Positions 1 to 10,448 of a stretch of DNA of 54,102 nt are shown piece by piece. The stretch's first letter is position 1. Every line of letters starts with the position of its first letter. The stretch is from Nitrososphaeraceae archaeon (lineage in GTDB: Archaea > Thermoproteota > Nitrososphaeria > Nitrososphaerales > Nitrososphaeraceae), in contig DATGZA010000060.1 in the NCBI GenBank assembly GCA_035297365.1, positions 1 to 54,102 of the forward strand, given 5' to 3'. The translations under genes were made by a program, and so were the position numbers. Under the pieces are notes generated by a model. It did no database searches and had not been told where the DNA came from. It worked only from the letters and a program-made list of their open reading frames with translations.

Positions 1-976
1 GGTTACCTGCCGCAAGGTTAGAGTAGGACTTGGTGGCACCAGCAGTACAGTCTGTAAAATTAGCAAAATCTAGAGAACACACAAAACCATCGGCAGTGGC
101 ATTTACAGGTGTATCTGGATTATCATCATTAAGGACCGTTGGATGGTAGGTAAAGGTGATATCATCATAATTGGTCATACCATCCTGAGTTACATTAACA
201 TCACTGCTATCTATGGCAGTATCTATGACCGTATCGGTGGTGATTGTCCATCTCCATTCTGCAGGCGTTGAGTCATTTATCTGAACATTATTCGATACTA
301 TGAATGCTCTCACTTGGAAGGTATGGTTACCTGCTGGAAGATCAAAGTAGGACTTGGTGGCACCAGCAGTACAGTCTGTAAAATTACCACCATCAAGAGA
401 ACACTCAAAACCATCGACTGTAACTACTACATTTTGGCTATTTTTAGCCGTGAAATTAAATGTTATATCATCATAATTGGTAGTACCGTTCTGAGTTACA
501 TTAACATCACTGCTATCTATGGCAGAGGTAATAAAAGTATCAAAATCAACTACAAACCATACCCAAGTAGCAGGTGTTTCGTCGCACTTATTATTTGATT
601 TCATACAGGCTTGCACCTCAAATGTATGCATTCCCAATGACAATCCAGTGTAGTTTTTGTTACTGGTAAAATTGGTTGGAGAATCTATAAAGTTCGTACA
701 GTCGACAAATCCTAGGCTATCATTATCTAATCGACATTTGAACTTATCAACTTGAGGTTGGTTGTTTATAACTTCACTATAATAGAAGGCTATAAAATTA
801 GAAGTTGTAGAACTTACGTTAAGTACAGGATTGTTAAAACCATCTATGGCAGAGGTAATATTAGTATCTCGAGAGGTTTGTCCATACACTGAAGCAATAT
901 CAGTTGAAGATAAAACTATTATAACAGCAATTGAAAGTAAAAAAGTTATAAAAATTAAGAATAATGCATTTATCAT
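1..976 (-). CDS. Secreted/surface protein with tandem Ig-like repeats (partial, runs off the left edge; absent from the ORF track)
   Basis: Manual translation from ATG at 976: MINALFLIFITFLLSIAVIIVLSS (signal/TM), then ~100-108 aa repeats DT.I..AID...FxCxLD..F.DC...Y.L..G.HTF.V.A...D.TPA.W.W. Open to position 1. Confidence 0.85.
   Translation of the reverse strand, partial: MINALFLIFITFLLSIAVIIVLSSTDIASVYGQTSRDTNITSAIDGFNNPVLNVSSTTSNFIAFYYSEVINNQPQVDKFKCRLDNDSLGFVDCTNFIDSPTNFTSNKNYTGLSLGMHTFEVQACMKSNNKCDETPATWVWFVVDFDTFITSAIDSSDVNVTQNGTTNYDDITFNFTAKNSQNVVVTVDGFECSLDGGNFTDCTAGATKSYFDLPAGNHTFQVRAFIVSNNVQINDSTPAEWRWTITTDTVIDTAIDSSDVNVTQDGMTNYDDITFTYHPTVLNDDNPDTPVNATADGFVCSLDFANFTDCTAGATKSYSNLAAGN
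22..525. repeat. Intragenic direct repeats of the Ig-like domain gene
   Basis: Identical 41-bp block at 22-62 and 346-386; identical 35-bp block at 185-219 and 491-525. Confidence 0.9.
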
Positions 977-1287
977 TCAGAAATTGTACATTTTGTATAT
1001 TTATCGATTACATATGTTTGAGGTAGAAAAATCAAATGTAAACAATCAATGTATAATAGTAACAATTATTTTTTCAAAAAATTTTAAATTATACTCTTAC
1101 TATTATATCTATAATATAATTTCGTAAGTACCACTCGGAATCTTATATTCATGTGAATTAGTCTGTATCAGTTGAATACATTATTTTATAATGATTCAAG
1201 TTCAATTTGATATAATTTACACAGGAAATATATTGTGTTTCGTGGATATTAGACGAATATCTTATTCATTACTAAATTATTATACTA

Positions 1288-3276
1288 TTATAAATAATCC
1301 AACAGTGTCCTTTGGGAGTTACTTTTTATTTTATTTGAGATTCTTATTAAATTGGACGCTCTCAATCCAACTTTTCTAATTGGTAGTATGTTTGTAGTTA
1401 CTAATTCACTTTCGTTGTTATCTTGATTTTTCGTTAAATTGAATCTATCCAATAATTTATCTATTGTTAATTCAATACTTTCTCTATCATTTTTGTAGCT
1501 ATTATAAGATGTTTCTCTTGTTTCAATGCTAAAATCGGTCCTAACGAGTTTTATTCCGACTGTTCTATACTGATAACCATAACTAGAAATTCTATCATAC
1601 AGTTCATCAGTTAGACCATATAAGACCTTATGTATTTCTTGTCTGTCTTGAGTAAAATTCTCCAATGTAGATTCATTACTCAAGGAAACATGATCTTCTC
1701 TTGGAACGACCTTATCGTCATCTTCTCCATTAGCCACTTTCCACATCCACGTTCCAGTTTTCTTTCCAAATCTTTCTATCAAGACCTGAACATTGGCTCT
1801 TGCCAATTCGCCTATGGTTTTAATTTTCAACTCTTCTTTTAAGATTTTTTGTGTCTTACTTCCGATCCCTGAAATTCTTTCAACCTCCAATGGATATAGA
1901 AATTTTTTCAATTCTTCAAAATGGACAATGGTTAGACCATCAGGTTTTTGATAATCCGATGCTATTTTTGCAGCTGATTTTGTTGTTGCTACACCTACGG
2001 AGGTTAACAACCCATGACATTCGTCTTGAATTTTCTTTTTAATCTCTTTAGAATACCAGTCTACAGTCACATTCATTGAAGAAATCTTTCTTGTACAGTC
2101 CAAATATGCCTCATCTATGCTAGCCTGTTCCAAAGTATCTGCGTATCTTTGCAGTATTTCCATTACTTTTTCTGAGATCATATTATAGTATTTTTTGTCT
2201 ACAGCACGTAATATCAAATTGGGACATAGGTTTAACGCTTTGTATAAGGGCATCGCAGACTGTACTCCCAATCTCTTAGCCTCATATGAACAGGTTGCCA
2301 CCACACCTTTTGTAATGTTATTATTTTCTTCATCGGTCATTATGACGGCATGAGGTTTTCCTTTTAAAGATGGATCTCTTATCTCTTCACACGATGAATA
2401 AAAAGAGTTAATGTCAACATGGAAAATCGCTTTACCTTTCCATGCTTTGACCTCGTTTTTCGGATTATTGTAATTATTGACGCTTTGAACCTGCCCTGAA
2501 TTTAACAATTTCCGGATAAAATTTATTTTCGAGATATTATTATTTTCCAGTACTATACCTACAAAATAAACTGCATCGGTATGAGAATAAGAGTTTGTAC
2601 TTATATTATTTGATTTTTCAATGTCTTTCTCTTTTTCTTTTAACTTTTGTATCCACTTTTCCAGATTTTCGCTTATCTGTAAATACAAAAAATTGGATGT
2701 AATTACATTATATTTATGTCGATCAGACCATATCAGCGAAGTATTGTACTTTTTTAAAATGTTGTAGGTTAGGTCTTGATACCAAGATTGATGTTCAAAC
2801 TCTATTGCAATTAAATATTTAAACTGTTTACAAAATTTTAAAAGGGTATTCAACCATTCTCTATCTTTTGCTAAAGTAAAAGTCGATGGCACTTTTAACA
2901 CTATTGCAAGAATCTTTTTTTGAATTGGTTGAAGTTCTTGAAGAAATCTTTCTAATTTGTCATGGCTATCCTTATTAATATCTATATACTGTTTTGGGAC
3001 CATTATAGTGATTTTAAAATCAATAGAATCAAATTCTGCCCATTCTCTAAGTGTTTGTCTAAATCTAGGTAAATCCGACAATATCTTCTTATCCTTGAAA
3101 ATATCGAGAAAATCAATTTGTACAAAGTTAAAAAGGTGAGAATAATCCCATAAATAATCTTTTGATTTAAAAGTTGTCTGGCAAAGATTTTCAATTATAT
3201 CTTTTCCTTCTTTTTCTTTTTTATTAGATGGAACCGTTATCTTTTGCCATCCCACGAAACCTACGCTGTATTTCAA
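1288..3276 (-). CDS. dinB: Y-family DNA polymerase IV (DinB/Dpo4) with N-terminal degenerate DUF72-like domain
   Basis: C-terminal part: IFHVDINSFYSSCE, ATCSYEAKRLGVQSAM, ASIDEAYLD, AKIASDYQKPDG, ISGIGSKT, terminal PIP-box-like QRTLLDYL. N-terminal ~220 aa follows the DUF72 pattern (VGFVGW, YSHLFNFVQID, LKVPSTF, AIEFEHQSW). Confidence 0.9.
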   Translation of the reverse strand: MKYSVGFVGWQKITVPSNKKEKEGKDIIENLCQTTFKSKDYLWDYSHLFNFVQIDFLDIFKDKKILSDLPRFRQTLREWAEFDSIDFKITIMVPKQYIDINKDSHDKLERFLQELQPIQKKILAIVLKVPSTFTLAKDREWLNTLLKFCKQFKYLIAIEFEHQSWYQDLTYNILKKYNTSLIWSDRHKYNVITSNFLYLQISENLEKWIQKLKEKEKDIEKSNNISTNSYSHTDAVYFVGIVLENNNISKINFIRKLLNSGQVQSVNNYNNPKNEVKAWKGKAIFHVDINSFYSSCEEIRDPSLKGKPHAVIMTDEENNNITKGVVATCSYEAKRLGVQSAMPLYKALNLCPNLILRAVDKKYYNMISEKVMEILQRYADTLEQASIDEAYLDCTRKISSMNVTVDWYSKEIKKKIQDECHGLLTSVGVATTKSAAKIASDYQKPDGLTIVHFEELKKFLYPLEVERISGIGSKTQKILKEELKIKTIGELARANVQVLIERFGKKTGTWMWKVANGEDDDKVVPREDHVSLSNESTLENFTQDRQEIHKVLYGLTDELYDRISSYGYQYRTVGIKLVRTDFSIETRETSYNSYKNDRESIELTIDKLLDRFNLTKNQDNNESELVTTNILPIRKVGLRASNLIRISNKIKSNSQRTLLDYL

Positions 3277-3404
3277 GATTATATTACCCCTGCTCTAATT
3301 ATTTATGGAATATTCAATTTTTAATCGTTTATTCATAATTGTATCTTTTCTATACATGCTTATGTCTGGGTCCTTCCGTAGTAATCTGTCATATTAGTTA
3401 TTTC

Positions 3405-4414
3405 TGCTCTGTTGCATGATTCATAAATTTATTGATAATAATTCTGTGGTTGTAGTCTTTTATGTTGTGGATATAAACAAATTGTATAATGATGCTTTCA
3501 ACATTATCTCTTTTACCATGTTCTCAAATTTAACAGCAGATACATATTCACCAAACATTCTCTTCATAGAGGAAAAGACAGATTCTACAACCCATCTCTT
3601 GCCATAGCTAACGCTATCCTTCCATTTATTAAAATCAGTTTTCTATTCTACTACTGCAAGATTTCTTTTATAGTGATTGTCATTTCTGATTCTAGCATTC
3701 TTTCTTACCTTTATTGCTGGTTTGATATCGTTGAATGAAAGAAATTGGAATATTTTGTTGTTATCATATGAACCATCTGATATCACAGTATTTACATCGA
3801 TATTCTGTTGTCTGATAATATCATGCATTAGCATGGGTAATACTTTTGAATCAGGTACTTTGTCTGTAGTAACATTTAGAGATAGAATTTTTATCTTATT
3901 ATTATTATTTATATCTACAGCTACATGAATCTTAAGATATCCTTTTCTACTTTTACAGTGCCACTTATGACGCATCCACTCTCCTCTATTTGTTATCTTT
4001 ATTCCTGTAGAATCAATTGCTATAATAACATCATTACCTCCTAATTTGTTGTTGTTAACATGAATATCCAGTTTGTTTATTCTCCTATCTATAGTACTAT
4101 AGTCAGGAATTGATGGGATTTTATTTTCAGCATGAGCTCTTACTATACCTTCAGTCTGCCTGAATGGAAGATGAAAATACACTCTTGCATATCCAAGTAA
4201 TAAGAGAAATGAGTTGGGATAGTGATATGGTTCTCCAACTTTACCTTTGTTCATTTCTTTCAATTCATTATCCCAATTATCTATAATATCAAATCCAAGC
4301 ATAATTTCTCCACGCTTAACAAGAGATTGATTATATTTTCTCCAGTTTATCACATAATATGACTATAACAGGTTAGCTAAATAGATTAGCAGTAGTAAAT
4401 CATGCAACAAACCA
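3405..4414 (-). mobile_element. IS5-family (IS903-like) insertion sequence
   Basis: 17-bp terminal inverted repeats: TGCTCTGTTGCATGATT (3405-3421) vs TGGTTTGTTGCATGATT (reverse complement of 4398-4414). Direct repeat GTTATTTC at 3397-3404 and 4415-4422. Transposase inside. Confidence 0.92.
3460..4353 (-). pseudogene. IS5-family transposase interrupted by one in-frame TAG at 3643-3645
   Basis: NWRKYNQSLVKRG, IAIDSTG, KIHVAVD, DGSYD. After the TAG the same frame continues KTDFNKWKDSVSYGKRWVVESVFSSMKRMFG to TAA at 3460-3462. Confidence 0.9.
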
Positions 4415-4747
4415 GTTATTTCCACCATGGTAATTCTCGGTGCAGAAAATCACATTAAAATAAAAGATTTCTTAACCCGCTTTGAGAAATAAACGATGTC
4501 AATATAATATCAAAAGACTTGTTAATTTTAAAAGTGCTGAAACTATTTAAAAAGTTGCTCATAAATTTATTTGAATGTTATTGTTTACATCGTTTAAAAA
4601 TACAGACATTTATGTATTCAGTTTTAGTTACTTATCACTGAGGTTTAACATATTTCTTTTTTTGTTCGGGGTTATTGTCAATCTTTTTAATATTTAAAAA
4701 GTATTGCAAATTATTTATATCTAGATAAATTATCATTAAAATACAGA

Positions 4748-5755
4748 TTGCAAATAAAAGATAAAAAAGATATAGAATTTGGACTAACTATTCCACAAGG
4801 TTGGAGAGGTGGAGATCTACCATTAGAAGAAGAAAATGATCCGATTAAACAATACGAGTTTTCAAAAAAGATAGCCCTTGCTGCAGAGCAGGCTAGATTC
4901 AATTCCATTTATGCTTACGATCATTTTATCCCGCATTTTAGAGATGATGTTGAAAAAAATATTTTTGAATGTTTTACACTGATTTCATCAATTGCATCAA
5001 TAACACAGAAAATTAAGATAGGGCAGGTCGTCACTTGTAATTCTTATCGCAATCCGTGTCTTCTATCAAAAATGATTGCTACCTTGGACATAATCAGTAA
5101 TGGTCGGGCTGAGGTCGGATTGGGTGCTGGATGGTATCAAGAAGAATATATGTCATATGGATATGAATTTCCATCTCACGTTACACGAATCTCTCAATTG
5201 GATGAATCTTTACAGATAATGAAAAAAATGTGGGAGGAAAATACGATTTCTTTTATAGGCAATTACTATAAAATATCAAACGCAATATGTAACCCTAAAC
5301 CGATTCAGAATCCGCATCCTATAATAATGATAGGAGGCTCTGGAGAAAAATATCTTCTTAAAGTTGCGGCAAAACATGCTGATAGATATAATCTTTTTTT
5401 TGGCTCTCCAGAGAAGATGAAAAGAAAAATTTCCATTTTGAAAAGCTATTGTAAGGACATAGGAAGAGATCCAGAAGAGATAGAATATTCTATCGTACTT
5501 CCTTGTCTTATCAGAGAATCTGAAGATGAGATCGATAGTATCTTGATTAAACATAAAAGGAAAGATAAAAGCATGAAAGAATATCTGCAGTATCTCGTAG
5601 ATGGCGTTACAATAGGAACTCCTGAAAAAATAATTAAAGGATTGAACGAATATGTGAATGATGGAGTAAGTCACTTCATAATGCATTTTTTAAATTTGAA
5701 TGTCAAAAGTTTAGAATTATTTCAATCACAGGTGATAAAGAATTATAAACTATAA
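4748..5755 (+). CDS. LLM-class (probably F420-dependent) oxidoreductase
   Basis: YDHF, SYRNPCLLSKMIATLDIISNGR, GLGAGW, CNPKPIQNPHPIIMIGGSGEK motifs. Confidence 0.9.
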   Translation: MQIKDKKDIEFGLTIPQGWRGGDLPLEEENDPIKQYEFSKKIALAAEQARFNSIYAYDHFIPHFRDDVEKNIFECFTLISSIASITQKIKIGQVVTCNSYRNPCLLSKMIATLDIISNGRAEVGLGAGWYQEEYMSYGYEFPSHVTRISQLDESLQIMKKMWEENTISFIGNYYKISNAICNPKPIQNPHPIIMIGGSGEKYLLKVAAKHADRYNLFFGSPEKMKRKISILKSYCKDIGRDPEEIEYSIVLPCLIRESEDEIDSILIKHKRKDKSMKEYLQYLVDGVTIGTPEKIIKGLNEYVNDGVSHFIMHFLNLNVKSLELFQSQVIKNYKL

Positions 5756-6251
5756 CCTTTTCTGATCGCACATAGAATTAGATAATAGGTAGGTTACGAT
5801 TAGATAGTTGAATTGCATTCTCTTATTTTTGCTTTTAAATATAACGAGATCAATACTTAATACTTCTTCGAGCTCTGCTTCTACAATCGATGACATTATT
5901 TCATAAATCTAACCGATTACCAGTATACTGTATAAAAAGATCTAATTGACAGAAATAACACATCGATAAATTGGCAGTATATTTAACCGAAGGACTATAA
6001 AGGTGCTTTAAAAATTAGGACATTACATTTTAACTTTAAATTTTTTACCTTAAACTAGAATTTATCTAAAATAATTAGTACAATTCTTGATAGTTCCTTC
6101 TACAGATGTTGTTTGTACAGAAGAGATTCTTAATGACAATTCCATATAATTAAATAGTAAATAGGATTGAACAACAATATATCGTTCAAAGAAAAAATGA
6201 ATTTGTGGGGAACTCCTGTAATTCTCTCATATGTGTCTATGCATTTTAATG

Positions 6252-6506
6252 TTAGTCGTCAGAATTTTGTGAATTTATGTTTAAATTGAAACAATGTGGA
6301 AAGTCTTCATTAGGAGATGAGAATACTGTCTCACCATTAATATTTACATTTTTGTTTATACACACGTCTTTTTGGACATTTATATTTTTTTTATATTTAT
6401 AATCCTCATTTGCCTGCACGTTTGCAAAACTAGAAGAAAAGGTCATTGCAACTATTCCTACAATCAATATTGCACTTAAAATCACACTATATTTTGTTAT
6501 ATTCAT
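6252..6506 (-). CDS. Small secreted hypothetical protein
   Basis: Signal-peptide-like N-terminus; two Cys in CINKNVNING / CFNLNIN. Confidence 0.7.
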   Translation of the reverse strand: MNITKYSVILSAILIVGIVAMTFSSSFANVQANEDYKYKKNINVQKDVCINKNVNINGETVFSSPNEDFPHCFNLNINSQNSDD

Positions 6507-6842
6507 TAGTTATCTATAATACTTATAGATATATTTGAGCTTAGGTAGATTATTAAAGATTTTTTTAAGAGAATTTCTATTAGTTAAATTATAAAAAATG
6601 TTTTCTATAAATAAAATATAATATTTTTATTCTAATTTTATAACGTAAAAAGTTTATTTATATTAAATCATCGGTGCAATGTCTTATTAAAAGGATTTTT
6701 TTTGTGTAATAGAGTCATATCAAAATTTTAGACTAATTTGGAGCTTACGTTTTAAGAATACAAAATAGTAGACAGACAATCTTAAATTATAGCATAACAG
6801 CCTGACGTTCCATTTTTTCTGACAATATGATAAAAATAATTA

Positions 6843-7208
6843 TCAAGTCAAATTCCAGAGTGAGACGTTGTCTCCAGATGAAATATTATTTAAATAAAGT
6901 TTGTAGCCTTTTAACAAATTATCTTTGACGTATCTTTTTTCGACAAAAGCAAAATCTTTTTCACAGTTGGTTATAAGCTGAGGCTCTTCCTTAAAGAACG
7001 AATTTTTTATGAAGTCTAATGCATCCTTCCATCTGTAGGCTTTGATTCTTCCAACAAATTGACTATTATTAAAATTTTCTGTATATTTATAAACATCAAA
7101 GTAATCTGCTAATTTAATACAATTATCACAAAAGTTATCCTTCTTTCCGGTTTTAGAACAGTCAGGACACTGGGTGATCATGCTATGAGATTTATATAAT
7201 AAATTCAT
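6843..7208 (-). CDS. Hypothetical protein with N-terminal Zn-ribbon
   Basis: CPDC...CDNC pairs; the true start may be the second Met (MITQCPDC). Confidence 0.7.
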   Translation of the reverse strand: MNLLYKSHSMITQCPDCSKTGKKDNFCDNCIKLADYFDVYKYTENFNNSQFVGRIKAYRWKDALDFIKNSFFKEEPQLITNCEKDFAFVEKRYVKDNLLKGYKLYLNNISSGDNVSLWNLT

Positions 7209-7665
7209 ATTTTAATATGTTTACTTCGATATCGTAGACACACTATATTTACCAGATATTTTTAATCGTCCAAAATACAGGGTAAGGTATAAGAAATATG
7301 CTTGTCACGCTACAAACAATGTAGCTATGAAATTGCACTTAAAAATGATTGCCGGAACAAAATTGTTTGACTATTGCGACCATGTAAACACAATGTCAGT
7401 ATATGAATATAATCAAGGTTAGTAAATGGCTAGTTGTAAGATCCCAGTTGTTCAGAATTAATCAATAATCATATAATAGTCTTAGTATGTCATTCCTGTG
7501 ATGTTTATCTCAAATTTGGGTAAATACCCACAAATAGATGTAATTCCATTTTGAAATTTTTTATATGCACAACAAACAACATATAATTTAGCTTATTAAA
7601 CATTATTCATTTTTTTTATCAGTTATTATGTAAAAAAAAGTAGTATTTTTTTATAGATGCAATAG

Positions 7666-7914
7666 TTGTATATTAGTATGATAAAGGCGTATATCTTGAT
7701 TATCTGTGAACCCGCTAATAAGTATAAGATTGCCAACAGTCTTAAAAAAATAGACAATGTGATAAATGTTGACATTATTAACGGCGCGTATGATCTAATC
7801 TTGGAAATAATGGTTAAAACAATGGATGATTTGAGAGAAAAATTTCAAAATGATATTAAAAATATAGATGGATCAATCTCAACTTTGACTTTAGTTACGT
7901 CAGAGGATTTATGA
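7666..7914 (+). CDS. Lrp/AsnC ligand-binding-domain-only protein
   Basis: AYILI.CEP, GAYDLILEI, IKNIDG..STLTL; no HTH. Confidence 0.85.
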   Translation: MYISMIKAYILIICEPANKYKIANSLKKIDNVINVDIINGAYDLILEIMVKTMDDLREKFQNDIKNIDGSISTLTLVTSEDL

Positions 7915-8142
7915 GAAGTATTACAAATTATTGGCATATTTGAAAATACTCTTCAATGTAGGATATGTACCACTTCATTTGAAATTATAGTATATTTATT
8001 CTATTTCTGATTGTTCAAATCTAATATTTTATAATAAATAATAATAAACCTATCTTTTTGTAAAATATCTACTTTACCTACTTTGTGTTTCTTAAAATAA
8101 GTTTGAATTGAATCCCAAGAAATTCTTTTCAGGTAAAAAAAA

Positions 8143-8727
8143 TCAAAAATCGCCAAAACCTCCACCATCGAAGCCACCAAAATCTGCTTGGCCAGCACTT
8201 GCATCCATATCACTAGCACCAGCATCGCCAGTGTCTGTCGCTGCTCCTTCCGCCCCTGATTGGTCTATCTGTCCATCTGTCATTGAACTTTCAGTTGGAT
8301 TCATTCCCATTCCCATAAAAGACATCATAGAAGCAAAAAACATCATATTCATAATTCCTGAAAATAACATCATGGGTATCCACATTCTATTAGAATCCAT
8401 AAAGCTTTGCATTTGAGTTTTGTCGCCAGTTTGGTATAACTGTTGAAGGCGTTCTGATTTTTCATACAATTCTTGTTTTTTTGTGTTAAGAATTTCTATT
8501 CCAGTTTTGGCGATATCAAGTTCCACCTTTTTATTACCAAAAAAACCCTTTTTTACACTTTTTACTATCAATCTCTGGTTAATCAGATCATTAACGATTA
8601 ACTCGACTTCCGCCTTAGAAAGTTTAGTAACCTTAGAGATAGAGTCTATTTTTTTCATTCCTCTCGATATAGCGTCCAAAACCATAAAATGGTTTGGACT
8701 TTCATTAAATCCACTATTTGAAGACAT
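8143..8727 (-). CDS. Winged-helix protein with Met-rich hydrophobic segment and acidic Gly-rich tail
   Basis: VLDAISRG..IDSISKVTKLSKAEVELIVNDL (wHTH-like); WIPMMLFSGIMNMMFF; tail DFGGFDGGGFGDF. Confidence 0.75.
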   Translation of the reverse strand: MSSNSGFNESPNHFMVLDAISRGMKKIDSISKVTKLSKAEVELIVNDLINQRLIVKSVKKGFFGNKKVELDIAKTGIEILNTKKQELYEKSERLQQLYQTGDKTQMQSFMDSNRMWIPMMLFSGIMNMMFFASMMSFMGMGMNPTESSMTDGQIDQSGAEGAATDTGDAGASDMDASAGQADFGGFDGGGFGDF

Positions 8728-9018
8728 TATACTATTTTATACCTAAAAAGATATTTAAATGAAATGGTGATTACATTATAACATGACAAAATATGGTTTC
8801 ATAGATAGAGCATGAAATTAATAATTCATTTATATTTTACAAACATTAAATCATCGAAATAATGAATTACAAATTGAAAAATTGATAATTTATCTTTATT
8901 TTGTCTTGAAGATGGTTAAAGAGTAAGTCATTTCACTTGCAATTCCTTAACCTGTGTGAAAAAATAGTATGAAATCTAAACTATACTGATCCATTTATTT
9001 ATCTCCAGCATAATCAAT

Positions 9019-9306
9019 ATGCACATGGGAAATGAAACTACATTTTTGGTATTTTATAGATTCAGACCATTAGATTCTGAAGAAAAGAGTATAGCAAAAC
9101 ACAAATGGGACGAAATAAAGAGTAGCTTACCTAAGGATATAGCACTTATTGGAGAGTATGATCACGCTTGGGGAACAGAATATAATGGATTTCTAATGTT
9201 CCAATCAAATACAAGTGATCAGTTTTTGGAATGGTGGTCAACTTTTAAAGATGAAATCAGATGGTATGTAGAGAAAACTCACACTATCGTAGCTCGTAAA
9301 CGTTAA
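9019..9306 (+). CDS. Small alpha/beta hypothetical protein (dimeric alpha-beta barrel-like)
   Basis: Alternating strand/helix pattern, GEYDHAWGTEYNGF; clean ORF followed by a T-rich tract. Confidence 0.7.
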   Translation: MHMGNETTFLVFYRFRPLDSEEKSIAKHKWDEIKSSLPKDIALIGEYDHAWGTEYNGFLMFQSNTSDQFLEWWSTFKDEIRWYVEKTHTIVARKR

Positions 9307-9335
9307 TTTCCTTTTTTAAGGAACATGTTATTTTT

Positions 9336-9863
9336 TTGATATATTTGATAATAATAATCTGTGGATTACCAGGAACAGGAAAAACATTTCTAGCTAGGAA
9401 ACTATCAAAAAAGATAAACGCAGTATTATTATCAACTGATAAAATAAGAAAGGAAATAATTCAAAAACCCAAATATAGTTTATGGGAACGAGCTTTGGTT
9501 TATGATGTACTTTTTCTAATATCCAAATACTTACATTCTGCAGGAAATAATTGTATTTTGGATGGAACATTCAACCGGAAAAGATCTAGGGATGAAGCTA
9601 TCGAAAAACTAGATTCCGAAAGAAATGATATATATATTATTGAAGCTATCTGCCCTGAAGATATTATATTTTCAAGACTGCAATCTAGAAAAAAGGATTA
9701 TTCAGATGCAGATATTTCTGTATATCTAAAGATGAAAAAATTTTATGAAAAAGTGTCAGAAAAGCATTTGACTATAGATACAGCTAAATCTTTAGAAAAA
9801 AATCTTGAAAAAATAATGAACTTTATTGGTCAAAAAGAAAATTGTCAAAGAATAAGAAAATGA
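9336..9863 (+). CDS. P-loop kinase (AAA_33-like)
   Basis: GLPGTGKT Walker A, LSTDKIRK, ILDGTF, RLQSR, SDAD. Confidence 0.85.
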   Translation: MIYLIIIICGLPGTGKTFLARKLSKKINAVLLSTDKIRKEIIQKPKYSLWERALVYDVLFLISKYLHSAGNNCILDGTFNRKRSRDEAIEKLDSERNDIYIIEAICPEDIIFSRLQSRKKDYSDADISVYLKMKKFYEKVSEKHLTIDTAKSLEKNLEKIMNFIGQKENCQRIRK

Positions 9864-10448
9864 GATTAATTGTAAAATTAATTCGATTCTTGTTGTGTCT
9901 TCCTAAGATCAATTTACAAACTTATTTATGCCTAATTTATCAAATCAGCAGGATAAATAAGAATAGGTTAATTGGTACAGCATTATACAACTACAATATA
10001 ATGTACAACAACAATATAATAAAATAATATATTACCTATTGTTAATAAATATAATCAAATACAATTATTAGCGCTTTTTTTATATTTTTTATCAAAAAGT
10101 TCAAAATGACACAAAGAATAAGATTTGAAATAATTCAAGTGGGAAAGATTCTAACATCTAATTCAACTGTTCTTGGTCCTCAAAATATTCTCATATATTA
10201 ATAATTGGTATTAGATTAAAATACTAGTGATACATAGTAAAGAGAAAATAGTGTATTTTTATTGAAATTTAAATTTACTGGTAAAAATAAAAAATCTTAA
10301 ATTGGATATACATGCAGGAAACTGACAACAGGTTGTTTACAGAACCTGACAGAAAACTAAAAAATAAATAATTAATATAAATCAAACTATATTATATCTT
10401 GAATTCCTCATAACAATTTATATAAGTATATTTTGACAATTTCAATAG

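Noticed and set aside
314-1127. Plus-strand ORFs 314-598 and 831-1127
   Set aside because: Antisense shadows of the minus-strand Ig-repeat gene.
3643-3645. Pyrrolysine or programmed amber read-through in the transposase
   Set aside because: No pyl genes seen, and other genes here end in TAG normally; a nonsense mutation is simpler.
8108-8416. Pro/Ser-rich 102-aa ORF
   Set aside because: Antisense to the Gly/Asp-rich tail of 8143-8727, which explains its composition.
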